Both the position numbers and the translations under genes were made by a program. From NCBI GenBank assembly GCA_963555755.3, contig OY820905.2:3072001-3136000 (forward strand): a stretch of DNA of 64,000 nucleotides, written 5' to 3'. The notes below the pieces were generated by a model. It had not been told where the DNA came from. It did no database searches and was given only the letters and a program-made list of their open reading frames with translations. This document shows, in pieces, positions 34,676-44,747 of the stretch. This DNA comes from Nitrospirales bacterium (GTDB taxonomy: Bacteria > Nitrospirota > Nitrospiria > Nitrospirales > UBA8639). How positions within the stretch are numbered: position 1 is the stretch's first letter; each line of letters opens with the position of its first letter.

Positions 34676-36298
34676 ATGTCTGATTCACCCCAACCACCAT
34701 CATCCGTAAATCAGCCATCCGAGGACCATCGCTCCATTGCCGGAGCAGCGGGTCTCATCGGTGCGGCAACTTTTAGCAGCCGCATCCTCGGCCTTATCCG
34801 TGACATCATTCTGGCTCGTCTGTTAGGGGCCTCAGCTTCGGCGGACGCTTTTTTTGTGGCCTATCGCGTTCCCAATTTGCTGCGAGAGTTACTTGCGGAA
34901 GGCTCGATGTCCTCGGCCTTCATTCCGGTGTTTACCGAATACCACACCCTACGCACCAAACGAGAGACGTGGGAATTAGCCAGTGCCGCATTTACCACAC
35001 TGCTCTCCATCGTCACGCTGATTACGCTAATCGGGGTTGTCGTGGCGCCGACGATTGTCTGGCTCCTGGCGCCGGGTTTCCACGATGAGCCAACGCAATT
35101 GGAGATGACGACCATCCTCACGCAAGTCATGTTCCCGTATCTCATTTTTATCAGCTTGGCGGCGTTGACCATGGGGATGCTGAATTCGCTTCGAGCCTTT
35201 GCAGCCCCCGCGCTCGCTCCGGTGTTTTTTAATATCTGTGTGATCGCGGCGGCATTGTTCCTTGCTCCGTTGCTGGATGAGCCGGTGATTGGCGTGGCTA
35301 TTGGGGTTGTGGTCGGTGGGCTCGCGCAGTTTGTGATGCAACTACCTAGTGTGCACAAACGTGGTTTTCTATTTCAATGGCGCTTTGATCTGGGCCATCC
35401 GGGAGTTCGACGGATTGGGTGGCTCATCGTACCTTCGTTGTTGGGCACGTCCGTCACCCAGATCAATATTACAGTGAATACGATTCTGGCATCGTATTTT
35501 GAGGGAGGGCCAACGTACTTATTTTACGGCATGCGGCTCATCCAATTTCCTCTGGGAATTTTTGGGGTCGCTCTGGCCACGGCAATTCTCCCCACACTTT
35601 CCGCCCAAGCGGCCAAAGGATCGATGGATGAACTTCGGCAAACCGTAGGGTTTGGGTTGCGGATGATTTCGTTTATTATCCTTCCCGCCATGGCGGGGCT
35701 TATTTTACTGCGGGTTCCCATCGTCCATCTCTTCTTTGAACATGGGGCGTTTACGGCGGCGGATACGGCAGGGACTGCGGTCGCGCTTCTTGGGTATGCG
35801 GTAGGGTTGTGGGCGTTTGCCGGTATGCGGATTATCGTCGCGGCTTTCTACTCGATGCAGGATACTAAGACCCCGGCCATTGCGGCAGTCACGGCGATGT
35901 TCATCAATATTTTATTGGCACTGTGGCTCATGGGTCCGCTCGAATATGCGGGATTAGCCTTAGCCACGGCACTCTCGGCCATGGTGAACATCACGATTCT
36001 CGTCTCCGTGCTTACCTCCCGCTTGGGAGGCATTGATTGGTGGCACTTTGGGCAATCATTCGGACGTGCCTTAATTGCGACCATTCCCGTGGTGGTGGCC
36101 TGTCTGTGGATTGCCAATTTGGCGGTGTGGCAGCGGGAAGACGAGTGGATCGCGAAAAGTATCATGCTCGTGGTAGGGATTGGGTTAAGTGTGACCGGAT
36201 ACGTGGGAACGCATGCCCTGTATCAATCTCAAGAACTTGATGTATTGTGGCAACTGGTTCAAACGAAAGTCCTACGCAGGAAATCCTCGGCAACATAA
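34676..36298 (+). CDS. murJ: Lipid II flippase
   Basis: SRILGLIRD, PNLLRELLAEGSMSSAFIP, RLIQFPLGIFG, FYSMQDTKTP. Confidence 0.96.
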   Translation: MSDSPQPPSSVNQPSEDHRSIAGAAGLIGAATFSSRILGLIRDIILARLLGASASADAFFVAYRVPNLLRELLAEGSMSSAFIPVFTEYHTLRTKRETWELASAAFTTLLSIVTLITLIGVVVAPTIVWLLAPGFHDEPTQLEMTTILTQVMFPYLIFISLAALTMGMLNSLRAFAAPALAPVFFNICVIAAALFLAPLLDEPVIGVAIGVVVGGLAQFVMQLPSVHKRGFLFQWRFDLGHPGVRRIGWLIVPSLLGTSVTQINITVNTILASYFEGGPTYLFYGMRLIQFPLGIFGVALATAILPTLSAQAAKGSMDELRQTVGFGLRMISFIILPAMAGLILLRVPIVHLFFEHGAFTAADTAGTAVALLGYAVGLWAFAGMRIIVAAFYSMQDTKTPAIAAVTAMFINILLALWLMGPLEYAGLALATALSAMVNITILVSVLTSRLGGIDWWHFGQSFGRALIATIPVVVACLWIANLAVWQREDEWIAKSIMLVVGIGLSVTGYVGTHALYQSQELDVLWQLVQTKVLRRKSSAT

Positions 36299-36330
36299 TT
36301 TTTGCACGTGGTGGGACGAGGTAACACTTC

Positions 36331-36795
36331 ATGAAGGCTGTGATTCAACGAGTCACTTCAGCTTCAGTGGAAGTTGATCACCAAATGATTGGACAAATCG
36401 ATGAGGGTTTGCTAGTCCTTATCGGGGCCGCAAAAGGCGATACCTCTGTAGATGTCGACTACCTGGTTGAGAAAATTCCGAACCTTCGAATTTTTCCCGA
36501 TGACGAAGGGAAAATGAATCGATCCTTGATGGACATGGGCGGCCAGCTTCTTCTTGTCTCGCAGTTTACCTTGTTGGGGGACATGCATCGTGGCAAGCGT
36601 CCGGGTTTTGATCAGGCGGCTCATCCAGACCAGGCCAGGCAATTGTATGACTCTGCCATTGCCAAATTTCGAGAAAAAGGGGTGCCGATTCAAACAGGCC
36701 AGTTTGGCTCGAACATGTTGGTTTCATTGAAGAATAATGGGCCAGTGACCTTTATTCTTGATAGTCGAAAAGGAGGCTCTGGTAAAATAGATTAA
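36331..36795 (+). CDS. dtd: D-aminoacyl-tRNA deacylase
   Basis: MKAVIQRV, SQFTL, NNGPVT. Confidence 0.97.
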   Translation: MKAVIQRVTSASVEVDHQMIGQIDEGLLVLIGAAKGDTSVDVDYLVEKIPNLRIFPDDEGKMNRSLMDMGGQLLLVSQFTLLGDMHRGKRPGFDQAAHPDQARQLYDSAIAKFREKGVPIQTGQFGSNMLVSLKNNGPVTFILDSRKGGSGKID

Positions 36796-36888
36796 GGAAC
36801 GTTTTACCCACTTCCGATAAGGGGACTTAGAAACAGCTCGAGACTCTTTTTGGGCTACCTGGTGAATGGTTCAGTTGGAGGGAAGATT

Positions 36889-37455
36889 ATGGAAGCGACG
36901 GTTCCTCAACATCATCCACTCAGACAATTGTTCGGCGCCCTTACCGAGCGCAATTTTACGGAAACCTTAGGGTGGCCTGATTTCAATGTCACCGCCTACA
37001 TCTCAAATCTTCTCGTTGAATTCGCCCACATTGACCGGTTACACAGCATTCAAAACCAGAAGGGGCAAACCGTCGAAACCGTCGTCGAACTCCTCTATGA
37101 ATCTGAAGCTCACGGGGACAGCGACTCCTCAGAGCGGGAATGCGAAATCCACCGACATATTGGCGACTTCACGCTCTTTATTGCCGGGTTATTTCCGGAA
37201 TACCTCCGTTACTTGAAATCCAGCGGGATGATTTACCACAACGATCATCTGGTGGACTATATGAAAGCCGGGAAACGCTCGTACAGCATCGTGGCTGCCT
37301 TTCAGCAGGGTGAGTTCAAAGAACAGCCAGCCTTATTTCAAAAACTCTCTTCCAACTTTGAGCTGTGCGTCACAGGTCTGGGGTTTGTTCGTGAAGATCT
37401 GAACCGCATGGGCCATCCACCGTACCAACAAGCCAAAGACATTTTGCTGCATTAA
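36889..37455 (+). CDS. Conserved hypothetical protein
   Basis: HRHIGDFTLFIAGLFPE...GKRSY pattern; RBS GGAGGG. Confidence 0.8.
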   Translation: MEATVPQHHPLRQLFGALTERNFTETLGWPDFNVTAYISNLLVEFAHIDRLHSIQNQKGQTVETVVELLYESEAHGDSDSSERECEIHRHIGDFTLFIAGLFPEYLRYLKSSGMIYHNDHLVDYMKAGKRSYSIVAAFQQGEFKEQPALFQKLSSNFELCVTGLGFVREDLNRMGHPPYQQAKDILLH

Positions 37456-37481
37456 AGCCGTGCCTCGCGCTCGCCCTCTCA

Positions 37482-37650
37482 GGGAATGTTGAAAAAAGCC
37501 GCCAGCGGCGTTCTCGCCCTTTTGCCGTGCTCACGTACGAAGCGTACGCTCCGCGCGCCAAAAGGATCGCGGCCTTTCCTTCGATAAACTCAGGACAGGG
37601 CTGGATAGACCCTTCGGCTAGACTCAGGGCATGTTTTTTTGAACATTCCC
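37482..37650. mobile_element. MITE family B copy with two nested REP-like units
   Basis: gggaatgttgaaaaa...tttttgaacattccc; inserts cttcgataaactcaggacagg and ccttcggctagactcagggc. Confidence 0.8.
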
Positions 37651-37686
37651 TCCAACTGATGAGGTTCCGCTCATCCTGAGCATTAA

Positions 37687-38613
37687 ATGGCTATTAGAGT
37701 GAAATATTCAACCGCCCCTCTCACAGTGCTCGTTCATGGTGGAGCCGGCGGCAAAAAACCCACTGCGGCCCAACGGTCTTGTCTCACTGAATCCCTCATC
37801 TCCGGCATGCACATTCTGAAAACCGGAGGCCCTTCTATCGATGCCATTGAGGTGATGATCCGTCTGATGGAAGGTTCTGGCTTGTTCAATGCTGGGATCG
37901 GTTCGCGTCTGCAGCGCGATGGCAGAAAACGTATGGATGCGGGTCTCATGGAAGGTGCACACCTCAAGGCTGGGGCGATAGCCAGTATCGAGGGAATCCG
38001 ACACCCTATCTCAGCGGCCCGCCTTGTCATGGAACACACCGAGCATGTTCTGTTGGTTGGTCATCACGCCACTCGCTTTGCTCGCCACTTTAAGGTTGAA
38101 AAAGACCGTTTGGGTTCTTCATCCCATCGTCAGAGGATAGCTTCATTAAGCCGAGAAAAAGAACGTTCGAAGACGCTCAAACTTTTTCGAGCCTTGACCC
38201 AATACGAAACTGTTGGGGCGGTGGTATTAGATAGCAAAGGAATAATCGCTGCAGGAACATCAACAGGAGGCTATTCCATGATGCTCCCAGGCCGAGTCGG
38301 AGACTCCCCTTTGATCGGGTGCGGGGTCTATGCTGACAATACTTGCGGAGGAGTCTCAATGACGGGCAAAGGTGAATCCATCATAAAATTGGCCTTAGCG
38401 AAACATATTTTGATGGATATGAAGCAGGGAAACAGTCCGCGTGTGGCAACACGAAAAGCCTTGCGCGAACTCGTTCTACGGATTCAGGGCGAGGCGGGCG
38501 CGCTAGTCCTTGCTCCGGATGGACGATTCTCAATTCAGCACACCACTCGGTGGATGAGCGCCGGATTTTGGAATGGCCGAGGGAAGCCCACTGTCGCTGA
38601 CAAGTTCTCCTAG
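37687..38613 (+). CDS. iaaA: Isoaspartyl peptidase/L-asparaginase (Ntn hydrolase)
   Basis: HGGAG, FNAG, MDA, ETVGAV, TSTGG, GRVGDSP. Confidence 0.92.
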   Translation: MAIRVKYSTAPLTVLVHGGAGGKKPTAAQRSCLTESLISGMHILKTGGPSIDAIEVMIRLMEGSGLFNAGIGSRLQRDGRKRMDAGLMEGAHLKAGAIASIEGIRHPISAARLVMEHTEHVLLVGHHATRFARHFKVEKDRLGSSSHRQRIASLSREKERSKTLKLFRALTQYETVGAVVLDSKGIIAAGTSTGGYSMMLPGRVGDSPLIGCGVYADNTCGGVSMTGKGESIIKLALAKHILMDMKQGNSPRVATRKALRELVLRIQGEAGALVLAPDGRFSIQHTTRWMSAGFWNGRGKPTVADKFS

Positions 38614-38737
38614 CCGAATGTTCAAAAAGGTCTGTCCAGCAAGGCCGCAGGGTTGTTGGCGAGCGGAGCGTACACCAGTACGTGAGCACGACAACAACCC
38701 GAGAACGCTGCTGGCAGCCTTTTTCAACATTCGGCTA
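38611..38737. mobile_element. MITE family B copy between convergent genes
   Basis: tagccgaatgttcaaaaagg...ttttcaacattcggcta; its termini carry the stop codons of both flanking genes. Confidence 0.85.
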
Positions 38738-39334
38738 GGGCATGACATCGAGCTCGCTTAACACCTCCTCCAAGTGTCCATCGACTTTCACCCTGTGAAA
38801 GATATCATCAATCTTTCCGTTCTCATCAATGATAAACGTCGTCCGCTCAATGCCCATGAACTTCCTGCCGTAGAGGGATTTTTCCTTCCACACCCCGTAG
38901 GCCTGGAGCATCTTCTTGCTTTCATCACTGATCAAGGGAAAGTTGAGGTTAAATTTTTTGGCAAATTTCTTGTGGGACTCCACGGAATCTCCGCTCACGC
39001 CGATCACCTCGGCACGAATGCCATGGATTTCATCAATCCCATCCCGGAAGGCACAGGACTCTTTCGTGCACCCTGGGGTATCGTCTTTGGGATAAAAATA
39101 CAGGACGACTTTTTTCCCTTTGTAATCCGATAGACTCACGATTTTTCCATCTTGATTCGGTAGCGAAAAAGCCGGTGCCTTTTGGCCGTTCTTCAACTGC
39201 ACGGTTGAAGCTGGCGGTGCAGACTTAGCGGCTTTCGCTGGCTTCGCCACCTTCTTTGTCGTCGTCGCGTTCTTTTTTGTGCTTCCACTTGTCGTCGTTT
39301 TCGAATTGGTTTTGCTCTTTGCCGTATTGGCCAT
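38735..39334 (-). CDS. bcp: Peroxiredoxin Bcp/PrxQ with a K/T/A-rich N-terminal extension
   Basis: YFYPKDDTPGCTKESC, RTTFIID, KVDGH. Confidence 0.93.
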   Translation of the reverse strand: MANTAKSKTNSKTTTSGSTKKNATTTKKVAKPAKAAKSAPPASTVQLKNGQKAPAFSLPNQDGKIVSLSDYKGKKVVLYFYPKDDTPGCTKESCAFRDGIDEIHGIRAEVIGVSGDSVESHKKFAKKFNLNFPLISDESKKMLQAYGVWKEKSLYGRKFMGIERTTFIIDENGKIDDIFHRVKVDGHLEEVLSELDVMP

Positions 39335-39500
39335 GGGTTGCCCCTCCTTGGTTATTCACTCCCCAATATTATTCTTGGGGACTTGCAAGGCGTTCCCTTT
39401 CACCATACAAGGATTTTTTTTCAGCAAGAATCCTCGGAAATAGTATGATATACCGGGTGCCAAATCCAAGCATCTCATTTTGAAAAAAGATTGGACAAGA

Positions 39501-40658
39501 ATGAAGATCGTAGTTGATGAAAATATTCCCTTTGGGAAAGAAGCATTTTCCACACTGGGAACGGTCATGGTTCTGCCTGGGCGCCAGATTACCTCGGAAT
39601 GTCTTCAGGATGCGACAGCCCTCATTGTTCGTTCGATCACGCGGGTCAATAAAGTCTTGCTGGCTGAGACTGGCATCCGGTTTGTGGGTACTGCCACGAG
39701 TGGAATTGATCATATTAATCAGGCCTACCTGACTCAACGAAACATTGGTTTTGCCGATGCTGCCGGAAGCAATGCCAATTCAGTCGCAGAGTATGTGCTG
39801 ACTGCCTTGGTCACTGTGGCCTCTCGATTCAAGATTTCGTTGGGGGGAAAATCATTAGGGATTGTTGGTGTTGGTCGAATTGGACGTCTTGTCGCGAAGA
39901 AGGCTCAGGCCCTAGGCATGAGGGTCATTCTTCATGACCCTCCCCTTGCACGAGAAACTGGTGACCCCTGCTACCAATCGCTTGACGAGGTATTGCAGGC
40001 GGATTGTGTAACTCTCCATGTCCCCCTTATTCAAGAGGGAATTGATACGACCATCCATTTGATCGGGGAGGAACAACTAGCTCACATGTCGCCCTCTTCT
40101 GTGTTGATCAATACTTCGCGTGGAGAAGTCGTGGACAATCTTGCCCTTCTCAAGTCTATTGAACAGAATGAACTCCGAGGCGCAGTTCTGGATGTGTGGG
40201 AAGGCGAGCCATCCATCAATTGGGAACTAGCCAATCGTGTGACCATTGCCACACCTCACATCGCTGGCTATTCCTTCGACGGAAAAGTCAATGGCACCAT
40301 AATGATTTACCAAGCCGCTTGTCGCTATTTTGGGGTTGCTCCTATCTGGCAGGCTCCAGTCGATTACTCTCAGCCCTCAGACTCGGTGAATTCAATCGAT
40401 GCCCACGACCAGGAACTACAAGCCCTTGTCTTTCAATTAGCCACCCGGCTCTACGATCTTCAGGGTGACGATGCCCGTATGCGATCCTTGTTAACTCTAC
40501 CTTCTTCAGAACGCCCTGCGGGCTTTGACCAACTTCGCAAGGATTACCCCACACGTCGAGAGTTTTTCGCTTCACCGGTGGGTCTTCAACAGGCATCCCC
40601 TACCTTAGTTTCGGGATTGGCAGACCTTGGCTTTTCAATTTATCATGTTGAAAAATAA
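39501..40658 (+). CDS. pdxB: Erythronate-4-phosphate dehydrogenase
   Basis: MKIVVDENIP, VRSIT, GSNANSVAEY, LHVPL, DVWEGEP, TPHIAGYS. Confidence 0.93.
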   Translation: MKIVVDENIPFGKEAFSTLGTVMVLPGRQITSECLQDATALIVRSITRVNKVLLAETGIRFVGTATSGIDHINQAYLTQRNIGFADAAGSNANSVAEYVLTALVTVASRFKISLGGKSLGIVGVGRIGRLVAKKAQALGMRVILHDPPLARETGDPCYQSLDEVLQADCVTLHVPLIQEGIDTTIHLIGEEQLAHMSPSSVLINTSRGEVVDNLALLKSIEQNELRGAVLDVWEGEPSINWELANRVTIATPHIAGYSFDGKVNGTIMIYQAACRYFGVAPIWQAPVDYSQPSDSVNSIDAHDQELQALVFQLATRLYDLQGDDARMRSLLTLPSSERPAGFDQLRKDYPTRREFFASPVGLQQASPTLVSGLADLGFSIYHVEK

Positions 40659-40727
40659 ATGAAATTTAATATTATCTTGACAGAATGACACATCATGATA
40701 TAGATTAACGTAATTCCGATCGGGTTT

Positions 40728-41195
40728 ATGTTAATTAAAATGATCAGGGTACCTTTAAAAATCACGTATGGAATTTTGGTGGCGCTAGATCTGGCGTTGC
40801 GGTATGACACGGCCCCGGTTCAGGCCAAGGTGATTGCCAAACGGCAATCGATCCCTATTCGTTTTATTGAGCAGGTCTTACAGACCTTAAGGCAAGGCGG
40901 GGTCGTTGATAGCGTGCGGGGGGCCCAAGGCGGGTATTCTTTGAAAACGGCTCCTTCCGACCTCTCGTTGGCCGATATCGTTGAAGCCATGAATGGCTCA
41001 TTGGAAACAGATGTACGACAAATTCCTACCAACGGTCAGTTAAAACGTCCTATACATCATGAAGCCTTATTATCTACAATATGGGACCGCGTTCGCCAAG
41101 CGGAGCTGGACGTGTTGAATTCGGTCACCTTGGAAACCCTGACAAAGCAATACACGCAGTTGGAACAAGAACAGGTTCCCATGTACCACATTTGA
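40728..41195 (+). CDS. Rrf2 family regulator (CymR-like, no Fe-S Cys)
   Basis: HTH plus SVRGAQGGYSL, C-terminal MYHI; first gene of the cys operon. Confidence 0.9.
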   Translation: MLIKMIRVPLKITYGILVALDLALRYDTAPVQAKVIAKRQSIPIRFIEQVLQTLRQGGVVDSVRGAQGGYSLKTAPSDLSLADIVEAMNGSLETDVRQIPTNGQLKRPIHHEALLSTIWDRVRQAELDVLNSVTLETLTKQYTQLEQEQVPMYHI

Positions 41196-41299
41196 ATGGT
41201 TGAGTAATTATTTATGGGATATAACAGACCATTCAGGTCAAATTTATCAGTTATCGTGAGCACGTTGATTTCATTACAGACTTTTTTCGGAGGCGCATC

Positions 41300-43774
41300 A
41301 TGAACACGGGCCGGTTATCCACAATTCCCGAGATCCAGACCATTCCCATTCCTCAGGATATTCAAGAGGAGATTGAGACGTTTGAAGATGAAGTCACGCG
41401 TTTGCAATCTGGTGAAACCCCCATGGATCTCTTCAAGCCGTTTCGCCTGCAATACGGCATCTATGGGCAACGTCAGCCTGATGTGCAAATGATTCGCATT
41501 AAAATCCCGTTTGGTGGGATGACCGCCAATCAACTCCGTCGAATCGCGGAATTGACGGACATCTATGCGACAGGCGTGGCTCATGTCACGACGCGCCAAG
41601 ACATTCAACTCCACTACGTTCCGCTAAGCGATGTCAGCACGATCATGCGAAAGTTAGCCGAAGTCGATGTGACCACGAGGGAAGCCTGTGCCAATACCGT
41701 GCGAAACGTGACAGCTTGCCACTTGGCTGGTGTGTGCCAAGGTGAAGTCTTCGATGTGACGCCCTACGCGAAGACCATCGCGTATCACTTGCTACGAAAT
41801 CCGTTAACGCAAACTCTGCCACGGAAATTTAAAATTGCCTTATCAGGGTGCCGACATGATTGTGCCATGACGCCCATCCACGATGTCGGTCTGTTGGCCG
41901 CAAAAGCCGAAGACGGAACTATTGGGTTCAGGATGGTTGTGGGTGGTGGTTTGGGCGCCGCACCTCGGATCGCACATCTGCTTCGTGAATTCGTACCGGT
42001 GGACGACCTCATTCCCTCGATCGAAGCCGTGATTAAAGTCTTCGATAACCTCGGCAACAGGAAAAACCGTAGCAAAGCTCGGATGAAGTTTGTGATTGAA
42101 AAGTTAGGCTTTGAGAAATTTCGTGGTCGCTGGGAAGAAGCGTATGAAACGCTTTTTGGAAAAGCACCAACACACCAACCTATTAAATTGCTCGACCACC
42201 TGGACCCGGCGCCCCTCATCATGCCCACGAAAAACGGAGCAAACGGCAATGGCAGCAACGGCGGAGGCACGACCTCGGAAACACCCTTTGCCATGTGGCG
42301 GCGAACGAATGTGGTGAAACAGCGGCAAGAAGGATTTGCGGCGGCGGTGCTCAGGCTCCCCTCGGGGGATATTACCGCCGATCAAATGCTGACTGTCGCT
42401 GACCTGGCTGAAAAATATTCTAATGGCAACATCCGGACCACCATCGGGCAAAATTTGATCATTCGATGGATTTCGGATGGGCAATTAGAAGCGTTGCACC
42501 AAGAACTGGAGGCTCATGGATTGGGCCAACCCGGTGCCAATAAGACCGAAGATATTGTTGCGTGCCCGGGAACCGACACTTGTAGTTTGGGCATTACATC
42601 TTCCAAAGGCCTGGCCCGTGCTTTGGCCGATATCTTTCCTCCCGGCCAAGTCCCTGAGGATTTAAAAGGCACGACGATTCAAATCAGTGGCTGTCATAAT
42701 TCCTGTGCCCAACATCATATCGCCACCATCGGGCTACATGGGGTAGGGAAACGCATCGGCGAACATATTGCACCCGTGTACGAACTTCACCTGGGTGGAC
42801 AGATCAATGGCACCGCGCAGATCGGACAAATGACCGTGAAACTTCCGGCCAAGAATGTGCCAGCCGCCTTGTCCCATATTATTGAGATCTATCGACGAGA
42901 CCGGCAAGAAGGGGAAAGCCTCTTGGCCTTCATCAAGCGAACCGGAAAACCCAAGTTGAAAGAAGCATTGATTCCGTATTCCATTTTGCCTCCCTATGAG
43001 GAAGACCCATCATACTATATGGATTGGGAAGCGGATCAGGAATTTTCCGTGGAAGACCTCGGGCCGGGCGAATGTGCGGGAGGCGCGGTCGAGATGATCG
43101 ACAATCGCATCTTGGAAGCCGAGCAAGAACTCTACCAAGCTCGACTGTTAGCCGAGAAACATCAGTTCGCCATGGCCATTAATAAAGCGTATCGCGCCGT
43201 GGTTGCAGGCGCCAAAGCCTTGCTGGTGACCGAAGGCATTGATCCCAATACTGATGCCGATACCTTAGCGGAATTTGACCAGTTTGCTGCTGGGAAAAAC
43301 GAGCTCATTCCCGAGGCGTATCGAAATATTTCCGGCAAGGCTGGTGACCTGGGCACCAAGGATAGTTCCGCTGATTTTACCCAAGAGAAATTGGCGTTTG
43401 CGAAAGGATTCGTGGATGTCTGCCGTCAACTGACAGAGCAAATTGGGCAGGACCTGAAATTGGGACTTGGAGAAGTTTCTGAAGAAACCCAACCTGCCAC
43501 CGAATCAGAAGCTGCAGTCCCGAGCGAACCGGCTGAAGACGTGACGGTGTTAGATCTTCGTGGGGTCATGTGCCCACTGAATTATGTCAAAACCAAATTG
43601 AAACTCGAAATGATGGATGATGGCGAACGGCTAGAAGTGTGGCTCGACGCTGGAGATCCAATCAAGAATGTGCCCATGAGCTTGCGAAACGACGGACATA
43701 AAGTGCTGGCGGAAAATCCGCTGGAAGCCGATCAACAACATTTTAAAGTGTTAGTCGAAAAGGTGGAAGCCTAA
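41300..43774 (+). CDS. sir: Assimilatory sulfite/nitrite reductase hemoprotein fused to HEPN-like and TusA domains
   Basis: GIYGQRQ, HVTTRQDIQ, LPRKFKIA, CPGTDTC...SGCHNSC; C-terminal LDLRGVMCPLNYVK. Confidence 0.9.
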   Translation: MNTGRLSTIPEIQTIPIPQDIQEEIETFEDEVTRLQSGETPMDLFKPFRLQYGIYGQRQPDVQMIRIKIPFGGMTANQLRRIAELTDIYATGVAHVTTRQDIQLHYVPLSDVSTIMRKLAEVDVTTREACANTVRNVTACHLAGVCQGEVFDVTPYAKTIAYHLLRNPLTQTLPRKFKIALSGCRHDCAMTPIHDVGLLAAKAEDGTIGFRMVVGGGLGAAPRIAHLLREFVPVDDLIPSIEAVIKVFDNLGNRKNRSKARMKFVIEKLGFEKFRGRWEEAYETLFGKAPTHQPIKLLDHLDPAPLIMPTKNGANGNGSNGGGTTSETPFAMWRRTNVVKQRQEGFAAAVLRLPSGDITADQMLTVADLAEKYSNGNIRTTIGQNLIIRWISDGQLEALHQELEAHGLGQPGANKTEDIVACPGTDTCSLGITSSKGLARALADIFPPGQVPEDLKGTTIQISGCHNSCAQHHIATIGLHGVGKRIGEHIAPVYELHLGGQINGTAQIGQMTVKLPAKNVPAALSHIIEIYRRDRQEGESLLAFIKRTGKPKLKEALIPYSILPPYEEDPSYYMDWEADQEFSVEDLGPGECAGGAVEMIDNRILEAEQELYQARLLAEKHQFAMAINKAYRAVVAGAKALLVTEGIDPNTDADTLAEFDQFAAGKNELIPEAYRNISGKAGDLGTKDSSADFTQEKLAFAKGFVDVCRQLTEQIGQDLKLGLGEVSEETQPATESEAAVPSEPAEDVTVLDLRGVMCPLNYVKTKLKLEMMDDGERLEVWLDAGDPIKNVPMSLRNDGHKVLAENPLEADQQHFKVLVEKVEA

Positions 43775-43792
43775 GGGTTCGCACAAGAATAA

Positions 43793-43911
43793 CTTCCCCT
43801 GTTTGGGTGCTGAGACGCCTGTCTAGCAAGGCGCGAGGACTGCGCACACTCCTTATGGAAAGGACGAGCAACGCCGCCAGACGGGATGGATCGACGCCCA
43901 AACAGGGGAAG
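43793..43911. mobile_element. MITE-like element inside the cys operon
   Basis: TIR cttcccctgtttggg / cccaaacaggggaag; core gcaaggcgc...gcaacgccgcc. Confidence 0.7.
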
Positions 43912-43958
43912 GTATTCCCTGAGTCGAAGGATACGGAAGGAGAGTGAGAAAGAGCGTT

Positions 43959-44675
43959 ATGAGTGAATCACTACGGACCCAACCCTCCATTGACGAATTA
44001 CAAAAATTAAGCCAACGACTGGAAGGCCAGTCGCCACAGGACGTACTCGGATATGCGTTAGAGCAATACTTTCCGAGCATCGTGCTAGCTTGTAGCTTTG
44101 GCCCGGAAGATATGGTGCTGTGGGACATGATGTACCAGATCAATCCCAAAGCCTCTCTCTTTTATCTCGACACGGATTTTCTGTTTAAGGAAACACACGA
44201 TGTCCGGGACCGCATGATCGCCAAGTATCTTCTGGCACCGAACCAATTGATCGAAATGAAGCCTGAATTCACTCCGGAACAACAAGCCGAGAAGTTTGGT
44301 GATCGGCTCTGGCTTCAACAACCGGATCAGTGCTGCAAAATGAGAAAAATAGAACCCCTCACGCGCGTGTTAAAAAATTATACGGCGTGGGTAACGGGTA
44401 TTCGCCGCGACCAAGCTCCGACTCGTGCGAATGCGGGCCTTGTGGAATGGGATGGGAAATTTGAACTCGTCAAATTCAATCCACTGGCTACATGGACCAA
44501 CGAGGATGTCTGGGCGTACATCAAAGCGAATGATGTGCCCTACAATGTTCTTCACGATCAAGACTACCCCAGCATTGGGTGCACGCATTGTACCGCGCCT
44601 GTCCGTTCGGGTGAAGATCCGCGGTCCGGTCGCTGGCAGAATTCTGAAAAGACCGAGTGCGGTCTCCACAAATAG
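43959..44675 (+). CDS. cysH: APS/PAPS reductase
   Basis: SFGPED, CCKMRKIEPL, SIGCTHCT, ECGLH; the CC...CxxC pattern indicates an Fe-S APS-reductase type. Confidence 0.95.
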   Translation: MSESLRTQPSIDELQKLSQRLEGQSPQDVLGYALEQYFPSIVLACSFGPEDMVLWDMMYQINPKASLFYLDTDFLFKETHDVRDRMIAKYLLAPNQLIEMKPEFTPEQQAEKFGDRLWLQQPDQCCKMRKIEPLTRVLKNYTAWVTGIRRDQAPTRANAGLVEWDGKFELVKFNPLATWTNEDVWAYIKANDVPYNVLHDQDYPSIGCTHCTAPVRSGEDPRSGRWQNSEKTECGLHK

Positions 44676-44747
44676 CTGACACGTATTCATCACGCGATAT
44701 TTTTTCATCAGCTCAATCAATAGAGATGTGAGAGCTGCGACTACACG

